Notes: generated by a model from the sequence alone, not told the origin. Shown: positions 19,077 to 29,288, counted from the whole stretch's first letter. The stretch: 63,602 bases of DNA, filler included, from 5 parts of 5 records of this genome joined end to end with filler, not necessarily neighbours in it; one strand, 5' to 3'. Made by a program: numbers and translations.

Positions 19077-19304
19077 TTGCCTGCAAAATACTTAACGCGT
19101 TTTCATCTTCTTTTGTTGCTTTTATTTACAACAAAAAATAAAAATTGTTCACAAAAATAGTATTTCACGTATTTATACTTGCTTTTATGAACCTGTTATA
19201 GGACAGTTTTAGATATTTTTGAGTTCTTTTTACTTTGAGTATTTAGATAATAATTGATTTTTTGTATTCGAATGTTTATTTTTAACTGGTTAAAAAAATG
19301 TGAA

Positions 19305-20045
19305 ATGGAAATCTTAGGAATAGATATAGGCGGTTCCGGAATTAAAGGAACTATTGTCAATACTGAAACAGGAGAATTTGTTGAAGAAAGACATCGAATA
19401 CCAACCGAACATCCTGCAACGGTTGAGAAAATTGCCAATAGCGTTCATGAAATTGTGAAACACTTCAATTATAATGGACCAATTGGTTGTGGTTTCCCGG
19501 CTGTAGTGCAAAATGGTATTGTAAAAACAGCATCAAATATTGATAATAGTTGGATAGGGGTGAATGTGGATGAAATATTGACAAAAACTACTGGAATGCC
19601 TACCTATGTTTTCAACGATGCAGATGCTGCCGGGGCGGGAGAGTTGGAGTTTGGTTGTGTCAAAGGTTTTCGTGGTTTGGCAATATTTCTGACCATTGGA
19701 ACCGGAATTGGTTCTGCCATTATCAATAATGGGCAGCTTTTAGCAAATACTGAGTTAGGCCACATTTATTTGGAAAATGGATTAAAAGCTGAGCATTACG
19801 CTTCAGATGCAATACGTAAAAGAGATGAGTTAAGCAGAACCGAATGGGGACGAAGATTCAATGTCGTCTTAGAGCGTATTGAAAAAACTTTCTATCCTGA
19901 TCTTTTTGTACTGGGTGGTGGTTCAAGTAAAAAATTTGATAAGTTTGCTGATACCATTACGATTGATACACCTGTAAAACCTGCAGAGTTATTAAACCAG
20001 GCAGGTATTATTGGAGCAGCGTTGTTGGCAGAAAGGAAGCAATAA
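19305..20045 (+). CDS. ppgK: Polyphosphate/ATP glucokinase (ROK family)
   Basis: LGIDIGGSGIKG, FNDADAAG, LTIGTGIGSA, NTELGH, NQAGIIGAA; ATG 19305 preferred. Confidence 0.9.
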   Translation: MEILGIDIGGSGIKGTIVNTETGEFVEERHRIPTEHPATVEKIANSVHEIVKHFNYNGPIGCGFPAVVQNGIVKTASNIDNSWIGVNVDEILTKTTGMPTYVFNDADAAGAGELEFGCVKGFRGLAIFLTIGTGIGSAIINNGQLLANTELGHIYLENGLKAEHYASDAIRKRDELSRTEWGRRFNVVLERIEKTFYPDLFVLGGGSSKKFDKFADTITIDTPVKPAELLNQAGIIGAALLAERKQ

Positions 20046-20065
20046 ATTAGAGAAAAAGTATCCAA

Positions 20066-20914
20066 ATGAAACTATTAGTATTGATTATCTCAATGGCTAT
20101 TGCAATCCAAAGCTTTGGGCAATACGATGATTTTTTTGTAGATCAGGCAACTCATATTGCTTATTCTAAAAGCGATAGTACTCCATATACTGGAGTCTAT
20201 ACCAAGTATTATAGAAAAGGAAATAAAAAATTTGAGTCTGTATTCAAAGATGGTAAAATGAAAACTAGTTGTTTTTGGCATAAGAATGGGAGATTAAGAG
20301 ATAGCGCATTTTATCAAGATGATTATGAGACATTTAAACAGATGTTTTATCAAGAAAATGGAAAACTTAAGAAAATCATAAATACTAAAGTAAATAAGAT
20401 TGAAATTCCTTTAATCTGTGGTATCGATCCAATAGGGATTAATCAGTATTATGATCTTGATGGTAATAAGTATGAAGAGAGGAATTATTTAAATGATTCA
20501 GTTACAGTTTATAGAAAATATGATAGGAATATACTTAAGTCTGAACTACTTTGGACAAGAGGGGATAAAGTGAAAACTTTTGAAGAAAAGTATTTTAGAA
20601 TAGACGGGACAGTAGAAAAAATTGAGCGAACTAAAAGAACATTTTGGCGAGGAGAGTTTTCACACATAATAGAACTTTATGATTTAAAAGAAAATCTTAT
20701 TGAGGTAATTAATTACAAATGAGATTTAAAGCATGGAAAGACAAAGATTTATGATGAAGATGGCTTTTTGAAAGAAGAGCGAAAATACTGGAACAATATG
20801 TTTCAGAATCCAGCAATTATTTATCAAAAAAATGGCGATATATTTGAAGTTTTTTATTCAATTTTAGGAAATGGCGAACCTGGGACTGAGCGGAGCCGCA
20901 AAAAAATATATTGA
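20066..20914 (+). pseudogene. MORN-variant repeat (YwqK-like) exported protein with an in-frame TGA at 20720-20722
   Basis: Signal peptide and YTG..YY..G.K repeats; after the TGA the same frame continues for 63 codons with another repeat (DLKHGKTKIYDEDGFLKEERKY) to TGA at 20914. Confidence 0.7.
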
Positions 20915-21003
20915 TTTAACGTTTGGAAAAAGACCAAAGTTTTTGGGAGAGCAAATCGAAATTAAATAGCCTGATTATTCTATTGCCTTTTTAAACCTTT
21001 ATA

Positions 21004-21178
21004 TCTTCGTTTTAGGGAACTTTACATAAAGGCCGCGAGCGTCTTTGTATCACCGCTCCTCACATACCCGCTCCCCGCTTAGCCGCTATAAGCGGCATAG
21101 CGGATTAAGAAAAGTTGAATCTTATTCTTTTTTCGGGCTGGTCCTATATCTCTTCGTTTTAGGGAACTTTAAATAAAG
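21004..21178. repeat. 28-bp direct repeat flanking a GC-rich REP-like segment
   Basis: TCTTCGTTTTAGGGAACTTTA(c/a)ATAAAG at 21004-21031 and 21151-21178; between them CCGCT repeats and a CCGCT-ATA-AGCGG hairpin. Confidence 0.75.
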
Positions 21179-21715
21179 TGTATAAGATAATACGAATACT
21201 CCTGCAGCTACCGCTGCATTATTTTGATAACGTTTTATACTGTAATGCTCTTCACCTTTACCTGGTAAACCGGTTAACGGAGCTATTACTAACCCATAAA
21301 ACACAGCTAGTCCGGCAGTCCATGCCATTGTATTAGAGAACTTTGTATTGTGTTCTATATATTCAATTTTGTCTAATGGTAAAGTAATATTTTGGGGATA
21401 ATCAAAGTAAAAATTCTGCGACCCGGCATCTTTAGAATATCTTAAGCAAACCTCTTTGCAGGTATATTCAATGTTTGCAATGGTATCATTAATATGTAAA
21501 ATCTTACCACATATATAAAAAGATGTATCCACATTTTTAAGCATTAATGTTACATCCTTATTGTTTGAAAGTAATCTTTCTTTACCAGTATAGTAATCAA
21601 ATAATGTATGCTTAACTTCAGGTAAAGTAATTCGGTGAATGTTTTGACTAAATATATTATTGCTAAGTATTATACTAAGTAATGTAATTATTGCTATTCT
21701 CATTAAAGATTCCAT
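21122..21715 (-). CDS. Hypothetical exported/membrane protein
   Basis: Signal peptide, two C-terminal hydrophobic segments; no recognised motif. Confidence 0.6.
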   Translation of the reverse strand: MESLMRIAIITLLSIILSNNIFSQNIHRITLPEVKHTLFDYYTGKERLLSNNKDVTLMLKNVDTSFYICGKILHINDTIANIEYTCKEVCLRYSKDAGSQNFYFDYPQNITLPLDKIEYIEHNTKFSNTMAWTAGLAVFYGLVIAPLTGLPGKGEEHYSIKRYQNNAAVAAGVFVLSYTLYLKFPKTKRYRTSPKKE

Positions 21716-22275
21716 GGGCTTAAAATAGGTGTTTGTTGAATATTTTTACTAAGAAATTCTTCTATTGACTTCAATCGCATATCACAGAATTTTTTCAGAT
21801 AGGTATGCTCTGGATATTCATTCATTAGTTGCTTATATTTACCAATGATATCAGCTTTGTTTTGCTTCAAATTATTTTCGAATAAATAAATATCAGCTAG
21901 CATTACTTTGCTAATTATCTCATAGTCTTTGCTTTCAATCTTATCTATGAAACGTTTTGCTAAATTGTAACTCGAAATAGTATATTCAATAAGTGCTTTG
22001 GATAAATGGTACTCATCGTTTTCATTAGTGTGATTTCTCAATAGTTTTTTGGCTCCATCAACATCCCAATTGTTTAAAAGAATTATTGTAGAATTTACCA
22101 AATTTGATTTAGAAATTAGTTCATTTGGAATAGGGGTAATTCTTGGATATGCTTCGTAATCTTTAGCATCCAATTTTTCAAAACTGTCGTCAGTTACTAT
22201 TGAAATATTGGTAGCAGTCATGCAGCTTGAAAAAATAAATAGTAATGCAATAAATAGTGCCAGAATTGGTCTCAT
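21703..22275 (-). CDS. Hypothetical lipoprotein, TPR-like helical
   Basis: Lipobox FSSC; helical repeats. Confidence 0.6.
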   Translation of the reverse strand: MRPILALFIALLFIFSSCMTATNISIVTDDSFEKLDAKDYEAYPRITPIPNELISKSNLVNSTIILLNNWDVDGAKKLLRNHTNENDEYHLSKALIEYTISSYNLAKRFIDKIESKDYEIISKVMLADIYLFENNLKQNKADIIGKYKQLMNEYPEHTYLKKFCDMRLKSIEEFLSKNIQQTPILSPWNL

Positions 22276-22376
22276 AGCTTTTATTTTTAATGCTTTAAAT
22301 ATACAAAGGATTAGAGAAATATTCGTTGTAATAAAATGAAAATTTCATAACTTTATGTGAATCAATTTCTTGTATT

Positions 22377-22754
22377 ATGTTTGTTAGAGTGCTCATATTC
22401 TTCATTGTTGTGGGTTTCATTAGTGGGACTACTACAGAACTTCACGCGCAAGTACTAGCAGAAAAAGAGATTAAAAACTCATTTTACGTTACAGGTGGTA
22501 CTTTTGGTTTATGGGTTACAGGTAATATCAATTATGAAAGGCTAATCAGTGCTAATGACAGCAGATTTTTCAAACAATTTCATTTACATGCAGATGCTGG
22601 TCGGTTTTTGACCTGGGGCGCAGAGGGATATTTTTTAAATGCTAAAGCCATTGCTTTAACCGGTCAGAAAAGATCTCATTTGGAAATGGGATTTGGAATT
22701 GCATTCTACTCAGATCCCACTTTTGCAACTGCAACTCCTTCCGGTAATAAGTAA
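22377..22754 (+). CDS. Hypothetical outer-membrane beta-barrel-like protein (probably incomplete at contig end)
   Basis: Signal peptide; KNSFYVTGG..NINYERL..SHLEMGFG pattern typical of small Bacteroidota OMPs; ends 18 nt from contig edge. Confidence 0.55.
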   Translation: MFVRVLIFFIVVGFISGTTTELHAQVLAEKEIKNSFYVTGGTFGLWVTGNINYERLISANDSRFFKQFHLHADAGRFLTWGAEGYFLNAKAIALTGQKRSHLEMGFGIAFYSDPTFATATPSGNK

Positions 22755-22772
22755 GTCTTCTAACGGCACGTA

Positions 22773-22872
22773 NNNNNNNNNNNNNNNNNNNNNNNNNNNN
22801 NNNNNNNNNNNNNNNNTTAATTAATTAANNNNNNNNNNNNNNNNNNNNNNNNNNNNNNNNNNNNNNNNNNNN
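22773..22872. other. Artificial contig-joining linker
   Basis: N44-TTAATTAATTAA-N44. Confidence 0.98.
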
Positions 22873-23169
22873 AACCAACAAATCATCAACAATACCACCA
22901 TTTCCGTTAGGAAAACAGCTATACTGTACCTTTCCAGCACTTAAAGCAGCAACATCGTTGGTAGTTAGTTTCTGAACAAAGTTAAAAGCTTTAGGACCTT
23001 TAACCCAAAATTCTCCCATATGAGACACATCAAAAACACCTAATTTCTTACGAACACAAACGTGCTCATCTTTAATTCCAGTGTATTCGATAGGCATATT
23101 ATAGCCTGCAAATGGTGCCATTTTTGCACCCAATTCTTCGTGAAAACTAGTGAAAGCTGTTCTTTTCAT
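22873..23169 (-). CDS. gcvT: Glycine cleavage system aminomethyltransferase T (3'-truncated)
   Basis: [49 protein letters not shown] at 23169; TACATTTG -7 box about 100 nt upstream. Confidence 0.95.
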
Positions 23170-23312
23170 TGTATTTTGTGTTATGGGTAAACAGTTACTA
23201 AAAAGGAACATTTTGCGTTAAAAGTTCACCCAGGAAAAAACTAGTGTATTATGTTTGCGTTACGCAAGTGCAAATGTAAAAATTTTTCTCAGATATCGTT
23301 TGCATTCTAAAA

Positions 23313-25055
23313 TTAGTTTAGCCCTCCAACTTTTCTGGCAATTCCTAATCGGTAACCTCCTTTAAACAAAACGACAAAGGCATCCTTAACGCCACAAGCG
23401 TCTCTATACTTGGCAGCTTCTTCAAAAGTTTCAAATCCACCTATAGTATATTTGTGCCATCCTTCTACAAATAAATGTTCTATAACAGCCCCACCTTTGT
23501 ATCTTTTAAAGAGATCTTTTGGTCCCATTTCCTTTTTGCAAGCTGCTATTTGAACCCTGTAGATAAAATCTTCCTCCACCAATTCCTGATTCATTGCCAC
23601 CTCTTCAATTCCTGCTGGCTTTCTCGCCATAGGTACCTCAAGTACTTCGATTGGTTCGCTTGTCCGAATAGCTGGTATGGGTTGAACTTCCTCCACCTCA
23701 ACCACTTCTACAGGCTCTTCTTTAACCGCCGGATCAGGAGTTCTCTCTGTATAAATATCAAAACCTCCAAGACCACCACTACGTTCCGATGCAAAATAAA
23801 ATTTACCTTCCGTGTTCTCAAAATAGGTAATATCATTATCCGTACTATTTATTGGTACTCCCATATTCAGAGGTCTTCCCCATTCTCCTGAAACCAATCT
23901 TTCGCATCTGAAAATATCATATCCTCCTATCGTATTGTGACCTCTCGAACTAAAAAACATTTTTTGTCCATCAGTTGTTACAAATACATCTCCCTCATCA
24001 TATTCTGTATTTATATCTCCACCTATATTTATAGGTTTACCCCATTTCCCTGACTCCTCTTTTCTACTTACATATATGTCGCACTCACCAAAACCATTTT
24101 CCCTATCACTCACAAAATAAAGTTCATTCCCCCAAATACAAGCTGAGCTTTCTCGTGAATCTTTCTCATTTATCGATTTCAATTCTTTTCTCAGTTTCCA
24201 TTCACTATTTCTTTTTTCGCCATAAAACAGATCTCCATTCCCTTCTGTTCCATCAAAAAATAAAAACTGTGAATTATTAGTTTCCGACATTAGTGCCACA
24301 CTCGATTTATCTGAAATATCAATATTTAATTTCTCAACATTTCCAAATCCATCTTCCACTCTATCTACAGCATAAATTCTCTCATAATATTTTTGATCCT
24401 TGGGTGATCGAGAATTCTTCTCAACCCCTCTTCGTGAACTAAAATATAATGTATCTTTAAACAGCAGAGGCTTAAAATCGTCATGATTTGAATTCACTTT
24501 ACCAACAAGCTCAATTTGAAATTGCTCCTCTTCTGATAGAAGTTTCTTTCCACTCTTGCATTCCAAAATATGCTTTTTGCTTAAGGCAACCAATTCCTTT
24601 TGATCTTTATATTTGTTTAATTGAACCAACTCAATATTCATTTTAAAATGAGTTATGGCTTTTGAAAATAAATTTTGATACTGATAGGCAAGTCCCAACA
24701 AGTAATGAATGTCTTCACTTACATCCGGATTTAATGTTTCCGCATCTATTAAAAAAGATAAAGCTTGATCCTTTGGTCCTGCAATTAAATAACAAATTCC
24801 TATGTTATAATTTAATTCTGGATTTTTTTGATTCAGTTTATGTGCCTCTAACAACATATCAAGAGACTGGCTGGCATACCCAATTCCTTTGGAATAAAGC
24901 AAAGCGGCATTCTTAATTTGCTTGTAAGCATGCTTTCGATCAGATAATCGCTCAGTAAATTCAGTCTTATTTACATCCAAAAAGTTTTGACCTGAAACAG
25001 AACTAAATCCAATAAATAAAAAAAGAAAAATAAAAGTAGTAAATCTCCAATTCAT
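23313..25055 (-). CDS. TPR + PD40 (WD40-like) + SPOR-like domain periplasmic protein
   Basis: Signal peptide, TPR helices, PD40 repeats (LYFSSRR, LYFVSDR, MFFSSRGH, FYFASERSGGLGGFDIY), C-terminal YRVQIAA..KYTIG..DAFVV. Confidence 0.8.
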   Translation of the reverse strand: MNWRFTTFIFLFLFIGFSSVSGQNFLDVNKTEFTERLSDRKHAYKQIKNAALLYSKGIGYASQSLDMLLEAHKLNQKNPELNYNIGICYLIAGPKDQALSFLIDAETLNPDVSEDIHYLLGLAYQYQNLFSKAITHFKMNIELVQLNKYKDQKELVALSKKHILECKSGKKLLSEEEQFQIELVGKVNSNHDDFKPLLFKDTLYFSSRRGVEKNSRSPKDQKYYERIYAVDRVEDGFGNVEKLNIDISDKSSVALMSETNNSQFLFFDGTEGNGDLFYGEKRNSEWKLRKELKSINEKDSRESSACIWGNELYFVSDRENGFGECDIYVSRKEESGKWGKPINIGGDINTEYDEGDVFVTTDGQKMFFSSRGHNTIGGYDIFRCERLVSGEWGRPLNMGVPINSTDNDITYFENTEGKFYFASERSGGLGGFDIYTERTPDPAVKEEPVEVVEVEEVQPIPAIRTSEPIEVLEVPMARKPAGIEEVAMNQELVEEDFIYRVQIAACKKEMGPKDLFKRYKGGAVIEHLFVEGWHKYTIGGFETFEEAAKYRDACGVKDAFVVLFKGGYRLGIARKVGGLN

Positions 25056-25383
25056 AAGTTAAAAGGTTAGTTTAAATTAGATTCCACTAAATTAAAGAAT
25101 TCCAAACTCTATTCTCAATAAAAGCAATTTAAAATATCAATTATTAATAATAAAAATAAATAGAATCCTAATCACAAAACCACACGCCAAACAATCAATA
25201 AATACGAAGGATATAAGTATCTTAATCCATCTATTTTCAATAGGTAGTTTGAAAATTAATTAGTATTATTGCATTAACAAAAGATGTTAAACCTTTCAGA
25301 TTTTCAGAATAATGCGTTGCATTTACAAATATGTGCAAATTGAGAATTGAAAGTTTTTTGTATAACATGTTTATCCCAAAAGA

Positions 25384-25839
25384 ATGACTCAAGGACACAA
25401 AATCACTGATTTATCCTATTTGAAAGAGATGTCGGGTAACGACAAGAGTATAATTGAAGAGATGATTGAAATATTCATTGAACAAATTCCCGAATTTACA
25501 GATGAAATTTCATCAAATTTTGACACTCGAGATTGGGCTGGATTAGGCGCAATTGCTCACAAGGCAAAATCATCAGTTCGAACGATGGGTATGGAATATA
25601 TAGGAGATTGTCTTGAACAATTAGAGCATTTCTCAAAAGGAAACCTTAAATTTGAATTACAAATAAAAAAAGAAAAAGGTGTTGAATTAAGTCCTGATGA
25701 TGAAAAAAATTGGAGCAATGTGATGAATGAAACCAGCAATGACGTTGATCTAAAACACATTCCTGATCTCGTTGAATGTTTCCTAACCAACTGTCCACTT
25801 GCTATTGAAGAACTTAAAACAACATTACAACAACTTTAA
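25384..25839 (+). CDS. Hpt (histidine phosphotransfer) domain protein
   Basis: DLSYLKEMSG..IAHKAKSSVRTMG. Confidence 0.85.
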   Translation: MTQGHKITDLSYLKEMSGNDKSIIEEMIEIFIEQIPEFTDEISSNFDTRDWAGLGAIAHKAKSSVRTMGMEYIGDCLEQLEHFSKGNLKFELQIKKEKGVELSPDDEKNWSNVMNETSNDVDLKHIPDLVECFLTNCPLAIEELKTTLQQL

Positions 25840-25854
25840 ACCATAACTGAAGCT

Positions 25855-26205
25855 ATGAACATCGAAACCAAAAACGTTGATTCTATTACTATAATGAAAT
25901 TGGGTGAAACCAATCGTTTATATGCCCTTAATGCAGGAATTGCAAAAGATAAAATGAACGAAGTTTTAACTCAACCAGAATCGAGACTTGTTGTAGATTT
26001 TGAAGCAATTAGTTTTATTGATAGTTCTGGTTTTGGAGCCTTACTCTCTGCTTTAAAAACATCAAAAGAACATCAAAGTCAAATAAAGCTTTGCAATATC
26101 AACAAGGATGTAATGGAATTAATTGAATTAATGCAATTGGATTCAATTTTTGACATCTTTCAGGATCCAAAGGCTTGTGTAAACAGCTTTTCCAGAGCAG
26201 AATAA
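25855..26205 (+). CDS. STAS-domain anti-sigma-factor antagonist
   Basis: VDFEAISFIDSSGFGAL with phospho-Ser motif. Confidence 0.92.
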   Translation: MNIETKNVDSITIMKLGETNRLYALNAGIAKDKMNEVLTQPESRLVVDFEAISFIDSSGFGALLSALKTSKEHQSQIKLCNINKDVMELIELMQLDSIFDIFQDPKACVNSFSRAE

Positions 26206-26214
26206 ACTCCCATT

Positions 26215-27777
26215 ATGGGCAAAGTCTCACCTCATATACTTGTAGTTGATGACGATGTAGTTATCTTAAAATTTATTGAGTATACTCTAAATGATTTAGG
26301 ATATCAAACAACCTTGTCTAAAAATGGTAAAGATGCTATCAACAAAGCCAAAAGCGAGCATTACGATTTAATTATCTCTGATTTGTACATGCCTCTTATG
26401 GATGGTAATGAGTTAGTGCGACATTTTCGAAGCTTACCTGAATATCAACACACACCATTCATATTCTTATCGGGTAATACTGAGGAAGAAACCTGGATTA
26501 AAAATCTAAATGATGGAGCTGATGATTTTATCACCAAACCCATCAAACAAAAAATATTTGTCTCCAAAATTCAATCGCATTTAAAAAAATCTTTTCTAAG
26601 AAAGGATATTTTAGATGGAGCCCGAAAGAACGACATCAGTTTTAAAAAAGGAAATTTAATCTACTGTGCCAATAGAATCAAACCTTTTCCTCTTCCCCGT
26701 AAATTAATAAAAACAAACATTAGAGTAGTTTATACCGATACGGATTTTTTCATGGCTTTACAGGATGTAAATACATGGGAAATTATTATTGATGACGCCG
26801 CTGTGTGGGCGACTTCCATTCTTGAAAAAATTCATGAAATAGTCTCAAATCACCTCCCAATCAGCATTTTAATATCAGATCCTAATAATAAAGAGCAAAT
26901 GGATTTCTTCCTGAAATTTAAAATCAATAGCTTCCTTTATAAAAAATTGGATTCGAGACTCATTGTTCATCAAATCAACTCTAACATACAGAGAGAGCAC
27001 GAATTAAAAAATAAATATCTCCATGCCTTAAATACAGCAGCAAAAAAATCACCTATACGATTTGAAAACAATTTTTCAGATAATTTAAATGATTATGGAA
27101 TTCAGGTTTTACATGAGCCTTACGACAAGCTGCCTGGTGGTGATTATTATGAAGTTATCAATGTTGATGATCATCGAAAGATTTTAATTTTAGGTGATGT
27201 AATGGGCAAAAAATGGGACGCCTGGTTTTTTGTTCCTGCCTATATTGCTTACATACGAAGTACAATTAATTTTTTCCTGGATAGAGAAGAGTGGAATTTT
27301 GTAGAACACCCAGGAAAATTTCTGGAAATCATTAACAAATCTATTTTTAAAGACATGCAGTTAACAGAGGTATTTACAACCTTAAGTATTATCTCCATCT
27401 CAAGCTTAACCAATAAGGTAAGTGTTGCTTCTGCAGGCGCTTTACGACCGTACTATTATAACAGCTCCGAAGATACGATCTCTCAACTTAATATTGTTGG
27501 CACATTGCTAGGTGTTATAAAAGATGCCAATTACCAAAGTTTGGTTCATGAAATTCAAAAAGGAGATAAGCTTTTATTTTACACCGATGGCTACACAGAG
27601 GCAGTAAATGACAAGAATAATGAAATGATTGGTGATGACGCACTTTTCATGGCTTTAGATAACTTTAAAAAACAGGAAAATTTAACTCCAACCAAAATTG
27701 AAGAAGAAGTGGCACGCTCACATAACGTATCCAAGTTTGATGACGATAGAACACTTCTTGTCATTCAAAGAAATTAA
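26215..27777 (+). CDS. Response regulator fused to SpoIIE/PP2C phosphatase
   Basis: REC (LVVDDD, SDLYMP, DDFITKP); PP2C GGDYY, GDVMGK, YTDGYTE, DDRT. Confidence 0.92.
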   Translation: MGKVSPHILVVDDDVVILKFIEYTLNDLGYQTTLSKNGKDAINKAKSEHYDLIISDLYMPLMDGNELVRHFRSLPEYQHTPFIFLSGNTEEETWIKNLNDGADDFITKPIKQKIFVSKIQSHLKKSFLRKDILDGARKNDISFKKGNLIYCANRIKPFPLPRKLIKTNIRVVYTDTDFFMALQDVNTWEIIIDDAAVWATSILEKIHEIVSNHLPISILISDPNNKEQMDFFLKFKINSFLYKKLDSRLIVHQINSNIQREHELKNKYLHALNTAAKKSPIRFENNFSDNLNDYGIQVLHEPYDKLPGGDYYEVINVDDHRKILILGDVMGKKWDAWFFVPAYIAYIRSTINFFLDREEWNFVEHPGKFLEIINKSIFKDMQLTEVFTTLSIISISSLTNKVSVASAGALRPYYYNSSEDTISQLNIVGTLLGVIKDANYQSLVHEIQKGDKLLFYTDGYTEAVNDKNNEMIGDDALFMALDNFKKQENLTPTKIEEEVARSHNVSKFDDDRTLLVIQRN

Positions 27778-27841
27778 CCAAAATCAATTCTATTTCCCTT
27801 TTTTTTAGCACATTTGCCAAAAATTTAATTGCTAAAAAACA

Positions 27842-28156
27842 ATGAACGAAATTATTGGATGGCTAGGAAGCCTTTTATTTGCCATTTGTGCCCTACCTCA
27901 AGTGATTCATACGTTTAAAACAAGAAAAACGGATGATCTGAGTGAGATTTTTCTTTGGCTTTGGTTCTGGGGAGAAGTTTTTACGTTTAGCTACATTATT
28001 AATGATGATATAGCCAGCAAAAACTATCATATCCCACTCTACTTCAATTACCTGTTTAATTTAGTACTACTATTCTATTTAATTTTTGCAAAATATACTT
28101 ACAACTCTAAACCAACAGGTTTGGCAGTATTATTCCAAAAAATAATTAAAAAATAA
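27842..28156 (+). CDS. PQ-loop/SemiSWEET-family membrane protein
   Basis: IGWLGSLLFAICALPQV; three TM helices. Confidence 0.85.
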   Translation: MNEIIGWLGSLLFAICALPQVIHTFKTRKTDDLSEIFLWLWFWGEVFTFSYIINDDIASKNYHIPLYFNYLFNLVLLFYLIFAKYTYNSKPTGLAVLFQKIIKK

Positions 28157-28177
28157 AGCCGGATTCTCATCCGGCTT
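28156..28177. terminator. Hairpin between convergent genes
   Basis: AAGCCGGAT-TCTC-ATCCGGCTT. Confidence 0.65.
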
Positions 28178-28182
28178 CCCTT

Positions 28183-29256
28183 TTAATGTCTTGATATTGT
28201 ATTTCTTATTTTCTCTCTAATTTCTTTCGATTCTTCCGATAGTAAAAAATTCCTTGTTGAATCAGGAAGAAAATCTAAAACATCATTCAGTCGGTCTTCT
28301 CTAATTGCAGCCCTTACCTTCGATGCTGAAATATAGTTATCCTCATCGCCACTCGTAATTCTTTGGATTTCTTTCAATTCCACTCCATTCGATGGTAGGT
28401 ATTTTATCATCGCTTCGTTGTATGCAGCGGTTACCGGCGAGTACATTTCTGTTCCCACGTATCTTCTGGTGATATTTAAAACCGGTACAATGTAATGCAT
28501 AAAGGTAATTACATCCAACTCTGCCTGTTTGGCTGCAATATCACATTCTTTTTCTTCCTTTAAAAAATAGCAAGGAAAAATGGTACCCGAAACCACATAG
28601 TTTCCACCTTTTACCATCACCAAATTATCGATATGACCAAGCTCTTCTTCAATCAATCTCCATCTAATATCAAAAGTAAACGAAGAACGATCCTCCTCAA
28701 CAATAAACAGATAAACCAATCGATTCTCCTTACATGCTTTCTCAATCAAGTATTTGTGTCCTTTCGTAAATGGGTTACAGTTTACAACCACAGCTGCTAC
28801 CTCCCCAACACTCACCTCTCTTCTTATTGATCTTAGGTAATCCTGATATGTTTTAACATTCTCATATCCAAATTCCAGAACTGAGAACAATGGTTCTGCC
28901 GTTGCAATTTCGGTAAATCCTAAGCCTTTAAACACTTCCAAATTTCGAGGCTTAGTGTAAACAAAAATATGTTTGTGCTTTAAAATTACCAAATCGATAA
29001 GGTGTGTCACAATTTGAGCAAAAGCCGCACCTTCTCTAAATTTTGGAGCTACTGCAACATACTTCAGCACTCTTCCCTGATAGGATCCTGTACCAATAAC
29101 CTCTCCGTTCAAATTATACAAAATCATTGAATAATCTACATCCTGAGATTCGAAAACGAAGCCTAAAGGTTCTAAAAATTCCGAAATTAGTTTTATATCA
29201 AAGGGGTTATTTAAATCCAAGGATTCTTCTCTGTAATCTGTATTTTCGACGCCCAT
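28183..29256 (-). CDS. citC: [Citrate (pro-3S)-lyase] ligase
   Basis: GNAT-like N-domain; VNCNPFTKGHKYL, RYVGTE, ISASKVR; in cit cluster. Confidence 0.93.
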   Translation of the reverse strand: MGVENTDYREESLDLNNPFDIKLISEFLEPLGFVFESQDVDYSMILYNLNGEVIGTGSYQGRVLKYVAVAPKFREGAAFAQIVTHLIDLVILKHKHIFVYTKPRNLEVFKGLGFTEIATAEPLFSVLEFGYENVKTYQDYLRSIRREVSVGEVAAVVVNCNPFTKGHKYLIEKACKENRLVYLFIVEEDRSSFTFDIRWRLIEEELGHIDNLVMVKGGNYVVSGTIFPCYFLKEEKECDIAAKQAELDVITFMHYIVPVLNITRRYVGTEMYSPVTAAYNEAMIKYLPSNGVELKEIQRITSGDEDNYISASKVRAAIREDRLNDVLDFLPDSTRNFLLSEESKEIREKIRNTISRH

Positions 29257-29288
29257 CCTTTTCCGTTAGTTTTGTTTAGTTAGTTTTC

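Noticed and set aside
20720-20722. Selenocysteine or alternative genetic code at the internal TGA
   Set aside because: Not a redox-motif position, no SECIS-like hairpin after it, and TGA terminates other genes on the contig
21004-21178. DGR template/variable repeat pair
   Set aside because: Only about 30 nt, differences are not A-specific, and no reverse transcriptase is nearby
22740-22772. Genuine C-terminus of the 22377 ORF or an insertion boundary
   Set aside because: Too close to the contig end to distinguish from an assembly artefact
23170-23312. Glycine riboswitch upstream of gcvT
   Set aside because: The leader is about 95 nt with no GGAGA/CCGAAG/CUCUCAGG aptamer motifs; only a TTGCGT-T-ACGCAA palindrome is present
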